DNA of 64,000 nucleotides from the NCBI GenBank assembly GCA_003712125.1, contig RHLF01000004.1, positions 6,332-70,331 of the forward strand, given 5' to 3'. This DNA comes from Allomuricauda sp. GTDB taxonomy: Bacteria; Bacteroidota; Bacteroidia; Flavobacteriales; Flavobacteriaceae. Every line of letters starts with the position of its first letter. The stretch's first letter is position 1. The notes below the pieces were generated by a model. It was not told where the DNA came from. It searched no databases and was given only the letters and a program-made list of their open reading frames with translations. A program made the position numbers and the translations under genes. This document shows positions 59,006 to 64,000 of the stretch, piece after piece.

Positions 59006-59174
59006 GAAAAAAGCATTCGCTTTACGACTTAATGAAGAGATGTTCAAGGCTATTGAAAAATGGGCTGCAGACGAATTTCGCAGCACCAATGGTCAAATCG
59101 AATGGATGCTCATGAAAAGCTTAAAAGATGCCAAACGTGAGCCCAAGAAAAGGAAAGATTCCGACAAAGAATGA
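58998..59174 (+). CDS. Arc-family ribbon-helix-helix DNA-binding protein (58 aa); not in the ORF track
   Basis: Hand translation MAKKKAFALRLNEEMFKAIEKWAADEFRSTNGQIEWMLMKSL...; the F-x-L-R ribbon and R-S-x-N-x-Q motif match Arc. Confidence 0.85.
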   Translation: MAKKKAFALRLNEEMFKAIEKWAADEFRSTNGQIEWMLMKSLKDAKREPKKRKDSDKE

Positions 59175-59234
59175 TTTGGGATTTTTTTAACGAAGTACTG
59201 ACTTACCTTTGGCCCGACTAATCCAAATACGCCA

Positions 59235-61439
59235 ATGGCAAGAAATTACCTTGTATTTCTCTTTCCGCTTGCACTCTCTTTTTTTTATGTAAATGCCCAA
59301 GCACAACAGAAGTCCTTTGTTGTCAAATACATTAATGAACCCATTGCTTTAGATGGAACCCTTGATGAAAATGCTTGGCAAAATGCAGAAAGTGCCAATA
59401 ACTTTTATCAATACTTCCCAACCGACTCGGTTCAGGCCAATCAACAGAGCGACATTAAAATGTTGTTTGACGACACAAATTTATATGTAGGCATTACGGT
59501 TTATGCGGCCGGTAACGATTATGTGGTTCCTTCCTTACAGCGCGATTTTAGGGCAGGCGGTAGCGATAACATCACCCTAATGTTCGACACTTTCAACGAC
59601 GGAACCAACGCCTTTTTGTTTGGTACAAACCCCTATGGGGTAAGACGTGAAGCCCTGGTTTCAAATGGAGGAACAACACTGAGTGGCTTTACCACATCTT
59701 GGGATGTGAAATGGAGGGGAGAAACCAAAATGTACGACGGCTATTACATATCAGAATGGGCAATACCCCTTACTTCGTTCAAATTTAAACAAGGAGAAAC
59801 CAAATGGCGGTTCAATAGCTATCGCTTTGATGTGCAGTCAAACGAAAGTAGTACTTGGATGCAAATACCCCAAAACCAGTTTATTTTCAACTTGGCTTTC
59901 ATGGGCGATATGGTTTTTGAAAAACCCTTGGGGAAGTCAAGAACACCTTTTACCCTAGTGCCCTATGTTAACGGTATCTCACTAAAGGATTTTGACAACA
60001 ACGTCTCCGAGAACAAAATAAAGGTCGGAGGTGATGCGAAAGTGGCCATCGGTAATGGCATGAATCTGGATATTACCGTCAATCCGGATTTTTCAAATGT
60101 GGAAGTTGACAATCTCATAATCAATACCACAAGGTTTGCAATTGCGCTGCCCGAAAGAAGGCAGTTTTTTATTGACAATGTAGATCTCTTTGGCACTTTT
60201 GGCAATCGCCGTGACGCGAATCCGTTTTTTTCAAGACGAATCGGAATCGCCCAAAACGCAGAGGGTGAAACCATTGAAAATCCAATTATAGCTGGCTTTC
60301 GATTGAGCGGCAAACTCAATGAAAATTGGCGCTTGGGGGTACTGAATATACAAACCGAGGCGGATGAATCCAATGAAATAGCAAGTAACAACAATACAGT
60401 TGTTGCCCTTCAAAAAAAGATGTTTTCAAGATCGAACCTTAGTTTTCTATTGATCAATAGGGAGACCTTTGGGGATTACGAATTTCTTGATCCCACCGAT
60501 CGATACAATCGTGTTGTAGGGGTTGATTATAACCTTGCCTCTTCAGACAATACTTGGGTTGGTAAATTTTATTATCACAAATCATTCGCTTCGCAGATAG
60601 GAAATGCGGACGATGCTGCTGGTGTAAACCTTGAATATTTTACCAAAAATCTGAATTTGGGTTTTAGAAGCAGTTATGTTGGTAATGATTACAGGTCAGA
60701 TCTTGGTTTTATTCGTAGAAAGGATATTATTGCCCTACGACCTTATGTCGAATACAATTTTTGGCCAGAAAAGAGCAAACTTATTCGTCATGGCTTTCGA
60801 TTTGGGCCAAATGCCATTTTTAGACCCACACTGGATTATCAAAACACTGATTATACCATTTTTTATTCTTGGGATGCGCAGTTTCAAGGACAGGAAGAAC
60901 TCGGGGTTCGGGTATTTGATCGTTATACCTTCCTTGTAAACCCTTTTGATCCAACAGGAACAGATGGGGCAATCGAACTACCTGGTGATTTAGGATACCA
61001 TTACCTATCGGGAGAGGTTGGTTTTCAATCAGACAGAAGGAAACAGCTTTCATATGCCATGGAGGTGGGATATGGCGAATTCTACAACGGAACCCGAAGT
61101 ACTTTAGAGGGCTCAGCGACCCTGCGTTTGCAACCCAAGGTGTTGCTTTCCTTGAACCTAAGATACAATGGGATCAATTTGCCAGACCCTTACCCAAGCG
61201 CAGATATATGGTTAGTTAGTCCAAGGGTCGAAATCACTTTTAACAAGTCGATTTTTTGGACCACCTTGGTTCAATATGGCAACCAAAGTGATAATTTGGG
61301 TATCAACTCTAGATTACAATGGCGGTTTGCTCCCTTATCGGATTTGTTCATTGTATATAATGACAATTACTTTGTGAATACTTTTATGCCCAGAAACAGA
61401 TCCATTAATTTAAAGCTTACCTACTGGTTAAATATTTAG
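59235..61439 (+). CDS. CBM9-like plus DUF5916 outer-membrane protein (paralogue A)
   Basis: LDGTLDE..W CBM9/DOMON-like N-terminus, TVNPDFSNVE, PERRQFF, PFFSRRIG and a beta-barrel C-terminus. Confidence 0.85.
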   Translation: MARNYLVFLFPLALSFFYVNAQAQQKSFVVKYINEPIALDGTLDENAWQNAESANNFYQYFPTDSVQANQQSDIKMLFDDTNLYVGITVYAAGNDYVVPSLQRDFRAGGSDNITLMFDTFNDGTNAFLFGTNPYGVRREALVSNGGTTLSGFTTSWDVKWRGETKMYDGYYISEWAIPLTSFKFKQGETKWRFNSYRFDVQSNESSTWMQIPQNQFIFNLAFMGDMVFEKPLGKSRTPFTLVPYVNGISLKDFDNNVSENKIKVGGDAKVAIGNGMNLDITVNPDFSNVEVDNLIINTTRFAIALPERRQFFIDNVDLFGTFGNRRDANPFFSRRIGIAQNAEGETIENPIIAGFRLSGKLNENWRLGVLNIQTEADESNEIASNNNTVVALQKKMFSRSNLSFLLINRETFGDYEFLDPTDRYNRVVGVDYNLASSDNTWVGKFYYHKSFASQIGNADDAAGVNLEYFTKNLNLGFRSSYVGNDYRSDLGFIRRKDIIALRPYVEYNFWPEKSKLIRHGFRFGPNAIFRPTLDYQNTDYTIFYSWDAQFQGQEELGVRVFDRYTFLVNPFDPTGTDGAIELPGDLGYHYLSGEVGFQSDRRKQLSYAMEVGYGEFYNGTRSTLEGSATLRLQPKVLLSLNLRYNGINLPDPYPSADIWLVSPRVEITFNKSIFWTTLVQYGNQSDNLGINSRLQWRFAPLSDLFIVYNDNYFVNTFMPRNRSINLKLTYWLNI

Positions 61440-61548
61440 CGGCACCCAGGTTTTTTAAGTACCCAAAATATTTTAGGTAGAAATCTGTTTTATTGACATT
61501 TTTTTAACGTCCACTGGCCTTAAATTTGGCGACTAATTCAATAATCCT

Positions 61549-63747
61549 ATGGGTAAGCATTACACAGCCCTACTCTTATCATTATTCTTTGTTTTTATTC
61601 AGGCCCAAGACCAAAAAAAATCCTTTGTTGTAAAGTTTACCGATGTCACAATTGTTCCTGATGGACTTTTAGATGAGGCGGTTTGGCAAACTGCTGAAGG
61701 ACCAAAAGATTTTCAGCAGTATTTTCCCACCGATTCGATTTTGGCCATTCAACAGACCGAAATCAAAATGGTCTATTCAAATACCCATCTCTACGTGGCA
61801 ATTAAGGGGCATGCAGAAGGGCCAAACTATAATACCCGTTCGCTACAGCGCGATTTTCGAGGTGGTGGAATTGATCAAATCAGCCTGGTATTTGACACCT
61901 TTAATGACAATACCAATGCTTTTCTTTTCGGAATTAACCCCTTTGGTGTGAGAAGGGAGGCTTTGATAACCGGCGGCGGAGGTGAATTTGGCGGTTTTAC
62001 GACCTCATGGGATGTGAAGTGGAAAGGTGATGCCAAAATATATGATGACTATTTCACCGCTGAAATGGCCATTCCGTTAACTTCCTTCAAATTTAAGGAA
62101 GGTGAAACCAAATGGCAGTTCAATAGTTATCGATTGGATATGCAAACCAATGAGCGCAGCACCTATGCCAAGATACCCCAAAACCAGCCCATATTCGGGT
62201 TGGCATTTATGGCAGATATGATATTTGAAAGAGGCCTAGGCAAGTCAAGAACACCTCTGGCCATCATCCCATACGTAAATGGCATTGTGGCTCGGGACTA
62301 TGAAAACAATGAAAATTTAAACAACTTTAAAGTTGGGGGTGATGCAAAAATATCAGTGGGAAATAGCCTAAACCTTGATTTGACATTGAACCCTGATTTT
62401 TCGACGGTCGAAGTAGATAACTTTATCACGAACCTCACCCGTTTTGAGGTAGCCTTACCGGAACGTAGACAGTTTTTTGTGGATAACAATGACCTCTTTG
62501 GAGATTTTGGTGGTGGTCGTGACGCCAATCCCTTTTTCTCGAGGCGTATAGGAATTGCTTCAGATACCGCCGGAAACACCATAGAGAATAGAATTATTGG
62601 CGGGGCCCGATTGAGTGGAAAAATCAATCGAAATTTACGACTCGGATTTCTGAACATTCAAACCGAAGAAGATGCGGGCAATGAAATTCCATCCAACAAC
62701 AATATGATGCTGGCGCTACAGCAAAAACTATTCTCGCGTTCGAATCTTGGGTTCTTTTTTATCAATAGACAAGCGATTGCGGCATCAGATTTTTTACCCG
62801 AAGATGAGGAGTACAATCGGGTAATAGGGTTGGATTACAATCTGGCTTCAGCGGATAACAGCTGGAACGGAAAATTTTACGCCCATAAGTCTTTTCAACC
62901 CGATGATAGCGAAGGGAACTATTCAACGGGGTTCAACATAGGAAAAAACACACGCTATGTCAATGCCTTTGTTGACCTGGTCTATATTGATGAAGATTTC
63001 AATTCTGATTTAGGTTTTATCCCCCGGAAAGATATTTTTAAAATGGCCAATATCGTGCAGGGAAACTATTGGCCTAAAAAGGGAAAGATCAATCGCTTTC
63101 AAGCAGAGGTCTTTAGTGTGGTTACATGGCGACCGAGTCTGGACTTTCTTTACTCAGATTACTTTTTTAATGCCAGTGTTGGCGCCAACTTTGAAACATT
63201 GGAAGAAGTGGGCCTAGGCTTCCAAAAACGATTTGTTTATTTAACCAGCGAATTCGAACCCACCGGTGCTGATGGAGCGGTGCCCTTACCTGCCAATACC
63301 GGTTATCATTTTAATAGTGTTGCTGTATCGTTTGAATCTGACGAAAGAAAGCTTTTTAATTTCAGGACCGAGGCCAATTATGGAGCGTTCTTTAATGGAA
63401 AAAGTTTGTCAATGGCAGGTAGATTTAGTCTACGCTTTCAGCCAAAGGTGGAGTTGGGGCTCAATGTACGGTATGACCATATTAACCTACCTCAACCGTA
63501 CGCAGATAATGATATTTGGTTGATAAGTCCCCGTGCGACAATCACCTTTAGCAAATCGATTTTCTGGTCCACTTTGGTTCAGTATAGCAACCAAAGGGAC
63601 AATTTGGGCATCAATTCGAGGCTGCAATGGCGCTTTGCCCCACTTTCAGATCTGTTCTTGGTATATAACGACAACTACTTTGTGAATACGTTCATGCCGC
63701 GTAGCCGCTCGATAAACCTAAAACTCACCTACTGGTTAAACATATAG
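61549..63747 (+). CDS. CBM9-like plus DUF5916 outer-membrane protein (paralogue B)
   Basis: Same architecture, with a near-identical C-terminus (INSRLQWRFAPLSDLF...LKLTYWLNI). Confidence 0.85.
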   Translation: MGKHYTALLLSLFFVFIQAQDQKKSFVVKFTDVTIVPDGLLDEAVWQTAEGPKDFQQYFPTDSILAIQQTEIKMVYSNTHLYVAIKGHAEGPNYNTRSLQRDFRGGGIDQISLVFDTFNDNTNAFLFGINPFGVRREALITGGGGEFGGFTTSWDVKWKGDAKIYDDYFTAEMAIPLTSFKFKEGETKWQFNSYRLDMQTNERSTYAKIPQNQPIFGLAFMADMIFERGLGKSRTPLAIIPYVNGIVARDYENNENLNNFKVGGDAKISVGNSLNLDLTLNPDFSTVEVDNFITNLTRFEVALPERRQFFVDNNDLFGDFGGGRDANPFFSRRIGIASDTAGNTIENRIIGGARLSGKINRNLRLGFLNIQTEEDAGNEIPSNNNMMLALQQKLFSRSNLGFFFINRQAIAASDFLPEDEEYNRVIGLDYNLASADNSWNGKFYAHKSFQPDDSEGNYSTGFNIGKNTRYVNAFVDLVYIDEDFNSDLGFIPRKDIFKMANIVQGNYWPKKGKINRFQAEVFSVVTWRPSLDFLYSDYFFNASVGANFETLEEVGLGFQKRFVYLTSEFEPTGADGAVPLPANTGYHFNSVAVSFESDERKLFNFRTEANYGAFFNGKSLSMAGRFSLRFQPKVELGLNVRYDHINLPQPYADNDIWLISPRATITFSKSIFWSTLVQYSNQRDNLGINSRLQWRFAPLSDLFLVYNDNYFVNTFMPRSRSINLKLTYWLNI

Positions 63748-63788
63748 CACCACCTATTTTTCTATATTTGGGAGCTAGCTGATCAACC

Positions 63789-64000
63789 ATGAACAATTTA
63801 CCTCTTACCGACGATACCGTAATTTTCGGACTACTTGCCCTATGCTTAGGGTTTGTTTTTTACACTTCTTCAATCAAAACTGGCTTTTGGAAAAAGTTTT
63901 ATGCCTTTATACCCACAGTTTTGATGTGCTACCTGCTTCCGGCAATACTGGCAAGCAGTGGCCTGGTTTCTGAGAAGGATTCGAACCTATATTTCATTGC
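63789..64000 (+). CDS. DUF819-family membrane protein, N-terminus (truncated by the window edge)
   Basis: Hand translation MNNLPLTDDTVIFGLLALCLGFVFYTSS...FWKKFYAFIPTVLMCYLLPAIL; open to the window end. Confidence 0.7.
   Translation, partial: MNNLPLTDDTVIFGLLALCLGFVFYTSSIKTGFWKKFYAFIPTVLMCYLLPAILASSGLVSEKDSNLYFI

Noticed and set aside
1108-63523. The many 60-150 aa ORFs in the track that overlap longer genes (e.g. 2673-3122, 3860-4306, 36925-37347, 59963-60394)
   Set aside because: They are antisense or alternate-frame shadows of well-supported genes and carry no recognisable motifs.
1-64000. CRISPR arrays, IS elements, integrases, prophage or defence genes
   Set aside because: No regularly spaced repeat-spacer series and no transposase, integrase or phage motifs were seen; gene content is core chromosomal.

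Overview
This is core chromosome of a Flavobacteriaceae bacterium (Bacteroidota; Muricauda/Flagellimonas-like gene content, TAnnTTTG -7 promoters). I see no mobile element, prophage or CRISPR array. It holds housekeeping genes (dnaB, accA, LptF/G permease, tgt, split transketolase, aroK, tRNA-Lys and tRNA-Leu, acnA, surA, rimO, ftsY, rpmB-rpmG-DUF4295, cinA, recR, fabH, htpG) and a CarH-like B12/MerR regulator with crtI-crtB-crtZ. There are also two ECF sigma/anti-sigma pairs, an SPFH operon with an unannotated Arc-type repressor and a palindromic operator, and two pairs of tandem paralogues of unknown function. The most interesting signal is non-coding. The ECF-type promoter TGTAAC-N16/17-CGTC occurs four times, always intergenic: twice back to back at the RpoE/SigW-like sigma gene, and twice in front of two tandem ~110-nt terminator-bounded units at 42.0-42.3 kb that contain no annotated gene. 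A third unit of the same size and with the same TGGTTAG core lies at 46.04-46.15 kb (minus strand, housekeeping promoter), and a related 3' UTR lies at 53.5 kb. Together these suggest an undescribed family of paralogous small RNAs, possibly carrying 12-13 aa sORFs, partly controlled by an envelope-stress ECF sigma factor. All calls come from reading the sequence by eye; no database searches were run.
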